Of a stretch of 64,000 bases of DNA, positions 1 through 40,912 are shown in pieces. The DNA lies in contig NIVC01000507.1 of NCBI GenBank assembly GCA_002269645.1, positions 496,001 to 560,000 of the forward strand. The letters run 5' to 3'. The stretch comes from Macrostomum lignano (Eukaryota). The notes under the pieces are model-generated. The model had not been told where the DNA came from. It did not search any database and saw only the letters and a program-made list of their open reading frames with translations. The translations under genes were made by a program, and so were the position numbers. The stretch's first letter is position 1. The number at the start of each line of letters is the position of its first letter.

Positions 1-445
1 TAGATTCCAGATAGGGAAGTAGATAAAATAGACGGTTTTTAGTTAGGAAGTAGATAAAGCAACGGTTTTTAGTTAGGAAATAGATAAAGTAGACAGTTTC
101 CAGTTAGAGAAGTAGATAAAGTAGACAAATTCCAGTTAGAGAAGTAGAATAAAGTAGACAGATACCAGTTAGAGAAGTAGATAAAGTAGACGGTTTTTAG
201 TTAGGAAATAGATAAAGTAGACAGATTCCAGTTAGAGAAGTAGATAAAGTAGACAGTTACCAGTTAGAGAAGTAGAATAAAGTAGACAAATTCCAGTTAG
301 AGAAGTAGATAAAGAGACAGATTCCAGATAGGAAAGTAGATAAGGAAGACAGATTCCAGCTAGATAGAGAAGTAGATAAGGTAGATAGATTCCAGTTAGA
401 GAAGTAGATTAAGTAGACAGATTCCAGATGGGAAGGTAGACAAAG
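1..445. repeat. Tandem repeat, about 33-34 bp unit (TAGATTCCAGTTAGAGAAGTAGATAAAGTAGAC)
   Basis: About 13 degenerate copies visible; probably intronic to the + strand gene ending at 783. Confidence 0.9.
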
Positions 446-587
446 TAGATACACAGGCAGAAATGCTTTGATTTGGTGTTTAATTAGCACTTGCGGTTAA
501 TTGTTTACAAAATAGTAATGGCACCCACTCAGCACATAAATGAGAACATTGGCATTATAATTAAACGTATTATTTATTATCCCTCAG

Positions 588-783
588 ACTGGAACAACTG
601 ATAGAAATTCTCCGCAGCAGCGGGCACGCCGCATCCAGAACTCATTTCGATCTCACCGCGGTTCGCACGAGCGCCAGCATTCAAGCTTGCAGAGATCTAA
701 TATTGCAGCACTCAACCGCTGCTATCCTGAATCATAATAATACTACTGACGCGGCTAGCTTAACTAGTAGTATGGACAGTTAA
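588..783 (+). CDS. Probable terminal coding exon of an upstream + strand gene (LEQLIEILRSSGHAASRTHFDLTAV...SSMDS*), product unknown
   Basis: Acceptor TTATTATCCCTCAG at 574-587, open phase-2 frame to TAA 781-783, GC-rich island in AT-rich DNA, AATAAA at 834-839. Confidence 0.5.
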
Positions 784-1426
784 TTAATTGTAATTTTTCA
801 CTGCATTCTGTCAATTGAGTCAATTGAAAACTAAATAAAACAAAATTAACTTTGCGAAGTTTGTTTTTTTACTTTGAAATAAATCAATTTAAATAAACAA
901 AAAATAAATAACTATTTCTTATTTAAAAACGAAAGCAGAGAGGGGTTCCTCGGATTTAGGCCATATGAGAAAACGTGGCAAAACTGAATATTATTATTAT
1001 ATATTATTATTGTTATTTTAAAAACATAAAAATAATAGAACCAAAATGCAAGCTATATGTACTCTATCAAAGTGGATCTGACGGATAGGTCTGTTAGAAT
1101 TATGGCTCTGAATAAATAAAAATATTATAAATGACTTAATATGATTAAAGTACAAATGACCTTTACAGAAGCGCGTATTAGATGCGTGCATAGGTAATCA
1201 TTTTGCTATTGGAGTTGAAAACGAAAAAAAACAATATATGCTTAAGTATTTTTGCGTCTACTTAAAGTAGAAACACATCTACACGTATATCATTGATATT
1301 TTATTTCGGTCTGATCTTAAAAGAGTAGATGCATACAGTTTCAAAAACTTAGTGCGACTCTTCTAGGTAATCAGGTTAAGAGTTCAACTTTTGGTTGGTC
1401 GGCCTTCTAGCATTCTTCAAGACGGA

Positions 1427-8344
<6,918 letters not shown>

Positions 8345-8521
8345 CTACTAATAAATTATAATATTGCCTTATTGGTCACAATAACAAGCTTACTTCCAAA
8401 AACTGATAGACTTTTCAATGACGATTCAGATTTAAAAAATCACACGGTATTAATTATTATATTCTTTAAATAAATGCCTTGAGGTGTTGCATTTTAAATA
8501 CGTAGGATTCAAGGAAAGATA

Positions 8522-8536
8522 TTTCTCGAAAATTCT
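8522..8536. promoter_or_regulatory. Canonical heat-shock element (nTTCnnGAAnnTTCn)
   Basis: tTTCtcGAAaaTTCt: three perfect inverted pentamers, plus an imperfect GAt at 8518-8520; 184 bp upstream of the Hsp110 ATG in the 684-bp divergent spacer. Confidence 0.8.
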
Positions 8537-9022
8537 AAATACATAACTGCGTAATAAACGATAAAGTTAACAGTTTAGCATTTACTTAATTATTGCAGAC
8601 GTGCGCAGTAAAAGTTCCTTTAAAAAAAGCTTCATAAAGTTACTTTTATTATTATTTTTACTAAAAAGTGATAATACAGTCCATAAAATTGAGTCCTATC
8701 CTGATTCAATAAAGGAAGGAGTTTTAGAACAATATTTTTAAAGTGCAAGTAAGCTAGTATCGGCTATAGATTTTGTATTTAATTTTTTTAAATCGTTTAC
8801 TTTGCTCTTTATAAATACAACTTAATTCTCTATAAGTTTTGCTTTTGTTAATTTGCCAAAAATTTTAAATAAATTAAAGTTTCGCTTTCGTAAGGAAATT
8901 GTCGGTCGTCCGTATCCGTATTCCGTATCGACGTTTAACTGTTTCATTATATTAAGGCATTGGTTTTTGTAAAGTGGAATAAGGTTTTATTGTTTGAATA
9001 CCGCTAATCAAATCGCTGAAGC

Positions 9023-12000
9023 ATGAAGAAGATTTACGTTGGCAATCTGCCTCCTTCAATTCGCTCACAAGAAGTAAAGGATGTTTTCAAAAAGTATGGT
9101 CATATTGCCAGCCTTGATCTTAAAAATAGCCGCGGTCCACCGTTTGCATTCATTGAGTACGAAGATGAACGGTATGTTTCAAGCCTGGGCAGTTTAAAAT
9201 ATGCTTTACTTTTAATGGTTTGTTTCAGTTCCTCAATAATAAAATCTTTCAGATTTTACAGGTAGGGGGCGACCCAGTCCCGGGCCCGGGCCCGAAAAGT
9301 CGGGAATCCCGACCAAAATCGTGGCCCGACCCGGGCCCGGGCCCGACCCTAAAAAAGTCGGGAAATCGGGACAAGTCTTTTTTCCCTAAAGGCACTAACT
9401 GCGTGCGAATAAGAATAAAATTATTTTTATTCACAGCACAGCACAACACTCAGTTAAGCATCGCATCAGCACTCAAGACTCAAGCACTGCACGACTGCAG
9501 TAATAGTAATAGATGATATGATGTGAAGTAGCAATATCATTGATTTGTAGTAGGCTCTTAGCGTGAGCGTCTGTGACTGTGACCGTGAGCGTCAGCCACA
9601 GCCAGTTTCCACTTTCCAGGAAGATCGGATTTTTTCCAGGAAGATAAAATTAAAACATAGTTTTGCAATACTTTTTTGCAATATTGATTCCACTTTACAC
9701 GCTGCAGGCTGCAGCCTAAAAGCAAAAATATGATTCTTAAAAAAGTTGATTTGTCAATTTTAAGCTTTTGTAAATAACATTTCCTATTTACATTCCAAGA
9801 AGTACCTATTAAGGGCCAAGGCTACCATTTTTCCAAGAAGTTTGCTATCTGTCAGAGTTTGTAATCGTGTTCATATTTGTATTGTATTCGTAGGTAGTTG
9901 TAGTCGTAGACTCATAGTATCGTATTCGTAATCATATTCGTTTAGGTAGGTAGGTGAGCAGGTAGGCAGGTATCAGCTAATTACTTGTATTTCCATTGTC
10001 TGTTTGCCTGTTCTGTTGAGACAGTTGAGTGTTGTGTTGTGTTGTCACTTCACTTGTGTTCTGTTCTGTTGTCTTGTCTTGTTGTCTTATTGAATACTGA
10101 CTGTGTACATGGCTCTTTACATTGAAGCTATGTAAAGGAATTAAAAATTCAAATAAAAGAATCAATCAATTGATTTGGTTCTTACTTCCTTATTGCTTCC
10201 AATGCCAAGTGCCTTACACTTAATGCTTCAGCTTTTCTTCTTTTTGCTTACTGCCACTGCCAGTGCCAGCCGCACTACCGCAGTGCCTGCTTGCCTACCT
10301 CACTGCCTATTAGTGTCACTGTCACTGGCACACACACAGTACTTGTGCCACACAGTGACATTGAATTTGAACTATTGGGTATATTGATATTTGAGTATTA
10401 GGTCTTTTAATGTAACTCTTATCTATTCTGAAGTCTTAACTAATATAATGTATTAAATAAAAATAATATTTATTATATTATATATTTAATATATATTTAA
10501 TTTAATATATTATATTTATTATATTTATATATTATTATATATTCAATATATTTATATATTATAATATATTTAATGTTTATCATATATTTATTATACATTT
10601 AATATATTATATTAGATTTAATATATCTATATATTTATTATATATTTAATAGTAATCCGCATATGCTAAAAGTATTAAGATTTATTATGATTTTTTTTCC
10701 AATTATTGAGCTGTCCTAAAGATCTTGTCCCGAATTCCCGAGGCCCGACCCGGGCCCGAGTCCTCATTCCCGGGCCCGACCCGGGCCCGACTTTGGCTGT
10801 CCCGGTCGCCCCCTATTTACAGGTCTAATAAATTAGGCTCAAATTAGGTGTGTAGTTTAACTCTAAAGCCTTTGGATAAGCACTTCAGTTAGTCATAAAC
10901 AAGCAGCTCAAAAACGAAAAGTTACAAAAATGTGGTATACTTTGAACTTAAAAAAACAATAACAAAACAACATTTTCCTAATCTTATAATAAAATTGTCA
11001 GAAAAAAATATTTGCCATATGGTAGGCCTATTGGTAGGCCCCTTAATATAGGCAGTTGTTATTTGTCCAGTGACCAGACAAATAGCCTTTTTGCTATTTG
11101 TCCAGTTAAATTGCTATCACAAACTTATCTATTTGTTCGTGATGAATATTCTATTCTAGATTTTTAAGACTTTTTCTTATATACTAGTAAGCAAAGCAAT
11201 GTATTCAATTTGGAATAATTTGGTGTATTAAGAAACACACTAGTATAACAACATAATAATCAAGATACGAGTAAGAAATCTTTAAAGTCTAGGAATGTTT
11301 TACCCTTGTAGTTTCTATGAAATAGATATTTTAGCATTATCAATTTAACCGGACAAATAACAAAATGCCTATTTGTCCAGTATTAACCAGATAAATAAGA
11401 AAGCATCTCATTAGCCTATCCAATAACTGGACAAATAACCATATCGCTATTCGTCTAGTCACTGGACAAATAACAACTAGGGCCTACCATTAATATAATA
11501 GGGCCTAGTCTTTAAAAAAAGTCTTCTTTTTACTTTTTTTTTAAAATAACAGAAACCTTTGCTAAAGCTTAGATCAATCTTAACAAATTATTTACCAAAA
11601 TGACTACTTAGGCTTAGAGGTCAGATAAGATCTTAATCTTGTAGGCCTTATCAATATTTAAGATTTTGACTTTTTTCTCAATTTAATATTAATCAAATCT
11701 TAATTTGAAAAAAATGCCAAGAAAAAGGCTTAATGGTGATATATAGTTAAATATCAACTAAAGATTACCTCTTAAAAATCCCTATAGGAAAAAGTTGTAA
11801 AACCGCGGACGGTGTCCGGCGCACTTTTGAAATTTTTCTAAAGCGCAGCGCGCGCACAGGCGCAGCGCCTGCGCGCGCTGCCCTTTCTTACTGGCTGCTG
11901 CTCTAGCAAATACATATACATGGAAATGGGTATAATACCTCTGTTGAAGGGGCTTATACACTCGTAATTTATTAAGCTTAGAGATGTTCCGAAAATTCAA

Positions 12001-15000
12001 TTTCAATTTTCCAAAATTTGAAATTTTTTAGAGCGAATTTCAATTTCGAAATAAAATTTAGAAGTGAAAATTTTGGTAGTGTCTAAAAAGTCGCTAAAAA
12101 TAAACTACTTTCTACTACATATACATGTATTACTTTTTGCTTAAGCAGTAAATTGAAAGTAAAAAAGTGAGTGTTGATCATACTAAACTTTGTTTTTCTG
12201 AATTATGATTTCGGGAAATTTCAATTTTGATTTTGGAAAGTTAGCGAATTTTGATTTCGACAAAACTGCAGATCTTTTGGAACATCTCTAATAATCCTAA
12301 AGCGCGGTAAAATAGTTTGACTCTTTTCTAAAGCGCGCGTCCGCGGGTTTTTAACATTTATTCCAATAGGGTTAAAAATGAAGCAATATAGAAAATTATA
12401 ATGCAATTTATAAGAAAAACAAAATTAAAACCTTGAATAAAAATTTTTAGCAATAACAGACATTGTCAAGTTTAGTAAAAGTCTTAAACCTAATGTATTA
12501 AGAAATATTCCTAAAAATGGTATACAAACAACTTAAGGCTTCTAAGCATAACTTTTTTACTTTTATATTGGCATAAAAATAAAACTAAAAAAGTAAAACT
12601 TTATTTCTAACATAGGCCTGCCATGATCTAGACTACCTATATTAAGGGAACAAGTATAAAGGAATACAAGGCCAAGTGTTTAAAAAAATGATGCACTTGA
12701 AAATTTCTATAGATGTTTTTTTTTACAAATTAAAGGTTGTAGTTTTAATAAACATACACAAAACTTATATTTGTTTTTTAAATATAGATTTTAATTTTAT
12801 TTCAAATTTTAGCTTTTAATTAGCTTTGTCTTATTTAAATAAAATATCTCAAAATCCCAATCAAATATCATATCAAATTTCTAAAAAAATATCAAATGTC
12901 AAAAATCTTGAAAGTTTAATATTGCCTATATATATAGGGCAAAATCCAAAAATTGAGGGCAAGTTTTTTGTAATTTTGTTTTTTTGTGATTCAAAAGCTA
13001 TAAAATAAATTCATTTTAGTTTAAAAAAAGTTGCAAAAATCTATAAAAGCACAAATCAATAATGTATTGTCTTATCTTTAATAAGACGATTTGTTAAAAT
13101 AGTAAATTAAATTATGACTAAAATAACTGCTAATAAAAATGATAAAAAAAGCTTTCATAATGTATTTATTAACTTTAAGTATTCTTTACTATTAATTTCT
13201 ATTATTTTGCTACATATTTAACATTCTTTTGAGAGTTTATTTGTTTATCATTTTTGTTACTATTACAATGTGTACTTTGTAGAGTTCAACTACAAGAAAT
13301 ACTGCATTCAACATAAGTTTCTTTTTAAGCATACAAATTTCCATAAGGATGAGAAAATTGCATTTTACTTAGCTTCTACTGAAGCGACTTGAGAAATTCT
13401 TTTTTTCCTAAATACACGCTGCAATTATACATATTTAAGTGTAATTTCATTGTTCTTCGTTGATGTTTTTTCCTACATGTATGCTGCGATGATGCATATT
13501 TAACTGTAAGTTTATGATATTTCATTGCTTACTTCGTCTACAGGATGCATTTGATTTGAATTCAGGATTTACATTTTGTGGTCCAAAATTTTCGACTGAA
13601 ATTTTTAAAGCTTGAATGGGCCTATTTATTAAAAATACCATACAAGTCAATACTTAAATCAAAGAGGACATCTTAAAGATTATTTTGCAACAAGAAATAA
13701 GTGGTATACTTACTTTGGGAGAAAAAGTTTTGCTGGCAAAGTTTGCGCTTTGAGTTAGTATTGAGTTTTTGAGAGTTTAGGTGGTTTTAGAAAAAGTTCA
13801 AAATCTTTTGAACTGCTTGTTCTTTAAAAAAAATAAAAAGTAAAACACATAATTCTTTCTCCTTTGTAAGCAAAAGCAAAAATTAGCCTTTTTCGAGGCT
13901 TAAAAGTCTTATAACTAATTGTTTATTTGCAAAAAAAGTGAAAAAAAATTGCAAAGGTGTCAACATACACTTTAAAAAATGCTATTTTGTGGTTTTACTC
14001 ATTTATTCAGCAATGCAGTGGCATAAAAGTAAAAGTCTGTATCCTGAAATTTTTTTAAAGACTTACCTGTCCTTTAAAATACTTTATCTGATACATTACC
14101 TTCCATTCAAAGTCCGCAGATTTGTTTTACCGCTTTATCCCACGTTTTGGATTTTGCCATGGGCAATATTACAACACATGACATAGGGGTTACTTCCCTC
14201 TATTAATATCTTACTAATTAGCCACCAAAGTTGTAACAGGATGATTGCTCTCATTGAAATTATCTTACCACTGACACCAAAGTTGTCAAAGGGGCTGAGC
14301 TTCTGTCCTTATAAATAATCTCACAATGCTACCAGCTGTTACTAGGCTAATTCCTATATTTAATTAATGTATGAATGTACTTATACTTATTGGTAGCGTG
14401 ACTACTCCTCTATCTACTTCTATATTGGTAGTATCTACTTATCTTATTGGTAATATCTATTGGTAATATCTATATCATTATAATTTATATAACTCATTAT
14501 ATGGAAAGCCAATATTGTATTAAGCTTAAAAAGCTTACAAAGCTTAATAAGTTTTGTAGCTTTATTTTATTTTTTTTTTAAAAAGTCAACTACTAGAAAA
14601 CAAAAACTGATAGATAAAATGATCATATACCTTCACAAAGCAAGCAATAGATGTTGCAGACCTCTTTTGTACTATGGCAAAAGTATTGGTATAGAGAATC
14701 ACAATCTGTTTGCTATTATAATCAGTTTATATACAGGGTTGACTAGACTAAGCATGTCACCATATCCTAACATACCCATGGTTATGATAGTGTCTATGTT
14801 TCAAAAGCTTGATTCAGTTTCTAAGCAATATTGCATGGCTTTTTTCCTAGTTAAGCTAAACTAGCAATAGAATGAATTACTATTTGATCAAACTTTTGAA
14901 ATGATTTTTCGAAAGCTTTATAGTCTCAATTGGAAGAAATTTTCAGTCAAATCTCTGTTAGAAATTGCAATATTAATTAGCAATGCTATGTAGTACAAGA

Positions 15001-17531
15001 CTGCAAAATTTTTCTCTATCAACTTTGCCTATAAAGAGCAGAAAGTGGGGCCCTAATTAGAAGTAGCTGAGTGTAATAGCAAAAGTTTAAAAGCTTTCAA
15101 GTTCTAAACTTTTTCATTTTGCTATAGACAAAAATTGTAACTTTTATTTTTAAGGTATACACTTTCATTTAGGATTACCCAGTTAAATGCAGTTATACAA
15201 AGCTTTAAATAAAGTTGTTAGTTGCCCATATGTATAAAACTGTTGGGTAGAAATTAGTTTACAATAATAATAATATTAATAATAAAATAATTGATAATTA
15301 TATCAATTAATGACTATGCAATGGTGTTTGGATCAAATTCTTTTTGAAATATAAAGGATAAATAACTATGGTCCTATTAAAACCATTTTTTCTAGCATAT
15401 TGGACACTTAGTATATGTCTATTTAGTATATAGGATATGAAAGCATGCTTGGGCGCAACCTTAAGAATCACCTGGCCATTTCTATTGGCAACACATACAT
15501 GTAAGTTGCTATTGGCTGAAAGCAGTCATGACTACTATTCTGCCCAATAGCAACTTACATGTGTGTGTTGCCAATAGAGATGGCCAGGTGATTCCCAAGG
15601 TTGCGCATGTATGTATCAAAGCTTTAGCAAAATTGGAAAATCAGAAATTTCATTCACCTAACTTAAGTCTAAAAAGTGGCTAATACTATTTATCTTAACT
15701 GTAGCTCCTATTACCCCAACTATATAGTGTGTATATGGCAAAGAATCCTTGTTGCTTAAGTCACTGACCCTAGAAACTTAAAAGCTTGTATGTTACAAAG
15801 CATTGTCTATCATTTCACTAAATGGCTGATAAAAAAGTTTTATAAATAGATTGATGTTAGTAAAATATCTTGTTGCTTTTTCATCTTTAAAAAACTCAAA
15901 CAAGGTAAAATCACTTAGAAGACTTTTTCTTCTAAAAAAGAAGACTTATGAAGACTTGTGCTTAGAATTAAATCAAAAGAACACAGATTAACAATCAGAA
16001 TTGTGTGTTTTTGGAAGCATTAGAATGATTAGTGCCATTTGACATTCCCAAGTATCAGACTTGTGCCAGGTTGTTTGACTTTGTTCTACACATAATTAAT
16101 GGCTACTAAATTGATATAATAGTAGATGAACTTTAACGATAAAAATATCGTGTTTAATCTGATTTACCTGTTTTAACAATTCAACTCAAACTTAGCGACG
16201 CCGAAGACGCTGTCAGAGGCCGCGACGGCTATAATCTAGACGGCTACAGTATTCGGGTTGAATTCCCGCGTCATGGCGAGGGTTTTAAACCGCGCGGCGG
16301 TGGCGGCGGATTTGGCGGCGCCCGCGGCGGCGGAGCCCGCGGCGGAGGCCCATCGTCGAGGCGCGGCGAGTTCAGGGTGACGGTGAGCGGCCTGCCGGCT
16401 GGAGCATCCTGGCAGGATCTCAAAGATCACATGCGCTCTGCTGGCGATGTTGGCTTTGCTGACGTGCGCAACGGCGTTGGCTTTGTGGAATTTATGCGCT
16501 ACGAAGATATGAAAGCGGCTATACGCAAGCTTGACGATTCTAAGCTGCGCTCGCATCAGGTAAAGGCATTTTTTATTTTATTGATTTTCAATTTGTTGAT
16601 TTCCTGACTTCTAGGATTTAGGGATCTTCAAGGGAACAATTTAGGATCTTCAAGTGGCTAACTTTATGGCGATTATTTGGGATCTTCAAGGAACTGTTTG
16701 GGATCTTCAGGGGACTATTTGGGACCTTCATTAGAATCATTTGGAATTTTCAAGGGACTATTTGGGATCTTCAGGGGACTATTTGGGACCTTCAACGGAC
16801 TATTTAGGATTTTCAGGGGGCTATTTGGGATCTTAAGGGGACTATCTGAGAACTTCAAGGAACTATTTGAGATCTTTAGGATCTTCATGCAAGTATTTGA
16901 GATCTTCAGGGGATTAGTTGGGATATTTAGGATCTTCAATAAACTATTTGGGATATTTAGGATCTTCATGCAAGTATTTGATATCTTCAAGAAACTATTA
17001 GGGATCTTTAGGATCTTCATGCAAGTATTTGATATCTTCAAGGAACTATTTGGGATCTTCAGGGTACTATTAGGGATCTTTAGGATCTTCATGCAAGTAT
17101 TTGATATCTTCAAGGAACTATTTGGGATCTTCAGGGTACTATTAGGGATCTTTAGGATCTTCATGCAAGTATTTGATATCTTCAAGGAACTATTTGGGAT
17201 CTTCAGGGGAAACTATAATTGTTATTTTTTTAGTAAAGACAAGTTAGGATATTTTTTAAAAAGAAAAAAATATTTTTATATGATGGCGCAACTTGTAATT
17301 TGAAAAAAACACGCCCAGGGCGAATCCGGCTACATCCGGGTCAAAGAGGATCGTCCCGGCGGCGGAGGCGCCGGTCGATCGCCTTCGCGTTCGGCTTCTC
17401 GGTCCCGATCGAGGTCCCGATCGAGGTCCCGCTCAAGGTCCCGGTCGCCTCCGCCGCGTCGCCGGGCCTCGCCAACTTATTCGCCGATGCGCAATGGGCA
17501 GTCACGTTCTCGCAGTCGCAGCCGTTCTTAG
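9023..17531 (+). CDS. SRSF1: SR splicing factor SRSF1 (ASF/SF2)-like, 241 aa, 3 exons
   Basis: Exons 9023-9171, 16196-16559, 17319-17531 (726 nt). RRM1 KIYVGNLP...[23 protein letters not shown], Gly linker, pseudo-RRM2 with [11 protein letters not shown]-terminal RS domain. SRSF9-like assignment is not excluded. Confidence 0.93.
9263..10815. mobile_element. 1.55-kb non-autonomous hAT-type element in SRSF1 intron 1
   Basis: TIR TAGGGGGCGACC / GGTCGCCCCCTA; perfect 8-bp TSD TTTACAGG (9255-9262, 10816-10823); subterminal CCCGACCCGGGCCCG repeats at both ends; AT-rich interior with no transposase. Confidence 0.92.
11053..11479. mobile_element. MITE with about 33-bp TIRs (AGTTGTTATTTGTCCAGTGAC...)
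   Basis: Inverted arms at 11053-11086 and about 11446-11479 with 2 mismatches; internal ATTTGTCCAG repeats; no clear TSD. Confidence 0.7.
11780..12371. mobile_element. 592-bp MITE with imperfect CCCTAT(A/T)GGAA TIRs
   Basis: Arms CCCTATAGGAA...CCGCGGACG and CGTCCGCGG...TTCCAATAGGG; flanked by direct TTAAAAAT (11772-11779, 12372-12379). Confidence 0.7.
15444..15613. mobile_element. Palindromic MITE, copy 2
   Basis: Homologous to 5293-5465; flanks TATGAAAG (15436-15443) and TATCAAAG (15614-15621). Confidence 0.85.
16610..17210. repeat. About 21-bp minisatellite (GGGATCTTCAGGGGACTATTT) filling SRSF1 intron 2
   Basis: About 28 degenerate copies. Confidence 0.9.
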
Positions 17532-17615
17532 AGCTGTCGAGTACTGCTGTACTATTTAACAACTTGAACTGTTTTGTCGGGCGATCTCTGTTGGTTAGCG
17601 TGTGTTTTTCTGCAG

Positions 17616-17972
17616 GTAGGTTTTTTATTCTATGCTCTGAGTGTTTTTAGTGCTGGTTTTCTGTGTTGTCTGTTTCTAATAATCCTTTTATGTTTTCTTT
17701 GTTGTAGTATCAATTATATTAATTTTCATACTAGGCAGAGGGGGAGGTAATTTATAAATTCCGTTTTTAAAGTAGTGGAATTGTTGTTCTGTACCAGAAC
17801 TGTAACCGCACGTTCAATAACTATTTATTATTATTCATAAAAATCCTTTAAAAAGCACGTTTAATATCCACTCCCTCTGTTGTTGTAATCCTTGCTATTT
17901 TCAATATCTCAAAAATGTTTGTTATCAAAACTTTTTTTCGTCAGTTTTCTCTTTTTCTCTTACAAATTTAAG
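17616..17972 (+). other. Predicted intron 1 in the SRSF1 3'UTR
   Basis: CAG|GTAGGT donor 84 nt after the stop; acceptor TTTTCTCTTTTTCTCTTACAAATTTAAG. Confidence 0.45.
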
Positions 17973-18142
17973 ATGATGGCCCGTCACTCTCTGTGATCCA
18001 ATTGGGATGTGGATGCTGGAGACCCCCCACGGAGCGATGGAGCTTGGAAGGAATCGTTGGATTTTGTCTAGAAACTAAAAGCCTGGCCCTCCAGAGTCCT
18101 GGGAGTCCTAGCTTTCCGCTTTCAAGGAATCGCTTTGGTGAC

Positions 18143-18700
18143 CATTGAGGACAAAGCACTGTGGACAAGGAGACAGGACAAGCTCTTTGAGGACAGATCA
18201 CTGTGGACAAGGAGACAGGACAAGCTCTTTGAGGACAGATCACTGTGGACAAGGAGACAGGACAAGCTCTTTGAGGACAGATCACTGTGGACAAGGAGAC
18301 AGGACAAGCTCTTTGAGGACAGATCACTGTGGACAAGGAGACAGGACAAGCTCTTTGAGGACAAAGCACTGTGGACAAGGGGACAGGACAAATCACTGTG
18401 GACAAGGGGACAGGACAGATCACTGTGGACAAGGGGACAGGACAAATCACTGTGGACAAGGGGACAGGACAGATCACTGTGGACAAGGGGACAGGACAGA
18501 TCACCGTGGACAAGGGGACAGGACAAAGCACTGTGGACAAGGGGACAGGACAGATCACTGTGGACAAGGGGACAGGACAGATCACTGTGGACAAGGAGAC
18601 AGGACAGATCACTGTGGACAAGGAGACAAATCACTGTGGACAAGGAGACAAATCACTGTGGACAAGGAGACAAATCACTGCGGACAAGGACACTGAGGAC
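18143..18700. repeat. Composite minisatellite (42-bp, then 27-bp, then 21-bp units; core CACTGTGGACAAGG)
   Basis: Unit length shrinks stepwise along the array. Confidence 0.9.
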
Positions 18701-18737
18701 AAGACATTGTATGCAAGAGGAAATTCATCTTTATCCG

Positions 18738-18826
18738 GTAAGTTTTGATAAAAATTTGTACCCAAATATTCGCCACAATTTATTTATTATTCTCTTCTGT
18801 TTCTAAACTGACTGGTTTTCTTATAG
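18738..18826 (+). other. Predicted 89-nt intron in the distal SRSF1 3'UTR
   Basis: CCG|GTAAGT donor, CTAAAC/CTGAC branch candidates, TTTTCTTATAG acceptor; first + strand AATAAA after the stop is at 18885-18890. Confidence 0.55.
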
Positions 18827-19118
18827 CAACTAACGTTTTTGACTTTTAAGCACAAGTTTTAATTTGTACTACGATTAAAATAACAATAAATGTAAAACGC
18901 TACCAACAATTACAGTTAATCCGACTCCCTGTCAGTTATGCGGCATTGATAATTGGTTACGGATTTATTGTCGTTTATTGTTAATTTATTATTATTAATT
19001 CATAATGATATGCGATCTGTAAGAATAAATATTAATAACTAAGCAGTCATTTCGGTTTAGATTATTGATTAAGCTCTAGAGCTTTTTGAAAACTTTTAAA
19101 TAGCTGGCCTTCGTAAGT

Positions 19119-30946
<11,828 letters not shown>

Positions 30947-31366
30947 GGCGAATAATTATAGTTGGCAACAATTTTGCACCGAGTCGGATCTTCTGCTTCA
31001 AGTCAGTCATTCCTATTAAAGGCTAAAATGTTTGATTCTGTCTATCCACTGTTTACAGCTGCCTCCCCCCGCGTAGTGGCCTTCGTAATCGCGTCTAAAT
31101 CATAATATAGCTTCTTTCTGCTGCTATTGCAAGCTTGAATTAGCATTCATTTGTGGTAAGTTCAACAAAAATTTGGCTTGTTAGGCATTAAACTTGACGG
31201 CTGATGCCCTGGCGCAAAACTCTTTTTCAGACTTTGAAACGAAAGTTTGCTTAAGATCTTTTCAAGGGTTTATTGCCGTGAAACTTAGCACGCAAATACC
31301 CGCGTGAAGTTTCGATGCTAGAATACGTAAAGAACTTGCTTGCAGAAGAGTTAACAACAGATACTA

Positions 31367-31977
<611 letters not shown>

Positions 31978-32602
31978 CTTCGAACATCCTGGCGAAAGAA
32001 TTTTCATTTAAAGTGTAAACTGATCCGGAGTTATGAGCGTTTCAATTTTAGATGCAATGCAAACAAGCATGCCTTCAAAAATTGTCATAGATTTCGGGTG
32101 TTGCGTCCTTCTACTTACACTAAGTAGTCCTTGTTTTAATATTTAAGTCAATTTCGGGAAAGTAATCAAGACATACCAAAGCGTCAAATGCTACTATAAA
32201 TAAGTAGAAATCTTGCAGAGGCAGTACGAGTATTCTGAAAATTCCATTAAAATTTATTAGTAGTTGATATTATTGCTTAGTAATACACAGATTTAAGAAG
32301 CACACGAGCGTATTTGTTTGTATTGAATGCTTCAAGACGACAGTATAAAATTTTCGCTAATTTGGCTGGAGCCAGAGAGAGAGAAATGTTAGTAAATGTT
32401 GAATAAATCGAGCATGAATATACGCACCATAAAAAAGTTTGTCAGCCGTCAAATTTATTCAACTAAAAACTGATTTCTCAAAATTCTATGAACAGCTATT
32501 GGGTGTAGCGACCAATTAATGGCTTGGGAGACCAGTCAATGTGTGTCGGGTGCTCAGACCTGTGCTCAGACAAGGTTCGTCTTCGCAACAAGGCGGACCG
32601 CT

Positions 32603-40171
<7,569 letters not shown>

Positions 40172-40617
40172 TTCTCGCTGCAACTTTGGCACCTCCTTAG
40201 TTTACGATAGGTTAACTTGAAGCTGAAGTTGGCGCCCCACGTACCCTGCATACACACCAGGTGTTTGCTTGCAGACACTGCTGAACTGCATGCAGTGATA
40301 TCCAGCTGTTAAGCTTTGGCTAAGCGAAATGACTTGAAGACTCGAGTAAATATAGTTTATTAATAGTTGACACCATCCAGATTTTAACCATTGATAAACT
40401 CTGACACACGACGTCCGCTTGAACATTCATTTCCTATGGTTACTTGTACAACTTGCTCTGGCTGGATGCTTTAGGAGTTAGTAATTATTCAAGGTATAGG
40501 CTACAGCATGTGTGCCAAGGTATGTTTATTTTCAAAGTTTCTAGTAGTTAAATAATACAACATCGCCAAGAATTCCATTCCTTGAAGGCATTGCTATATA
40601 CTTGATTTTTAACCCCC

Positions 40618-40912
40618 GTGTGAGCCATGGCATCTTAGCAACTCCCCCAGTGAGCCATGGCATCTCAACAACTCCCCCTGTGAGCCATGGCATCTCAGCA
40701 ACTCCCCCTGTGAGCCATGGCATCTCAGCAACTCCCCCTGTGAGCCATGGCATCTCAGCAACTCCCCCTGTGAGCCATGGCATCTCAGCAACTCCCCCAG
40801 TGAGCCATGGCATCTCAGCAACTCCCCCTGTGAGCCATGGCATCTCAGCAACTCCCCCAGTGAGCCATGGCATCTCAGCAACTTCCCATGTGAGCCATGA
40901 CAGCTCAGCAAC
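40618..40912. repeat. 30-bp minisatellite (GTGAGCCATGGCATCTCAGCAACTCCCCCT)
   Basis: About 10 copies between the EEIG1 3' end and paralogue A. Confidence 0.93.
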
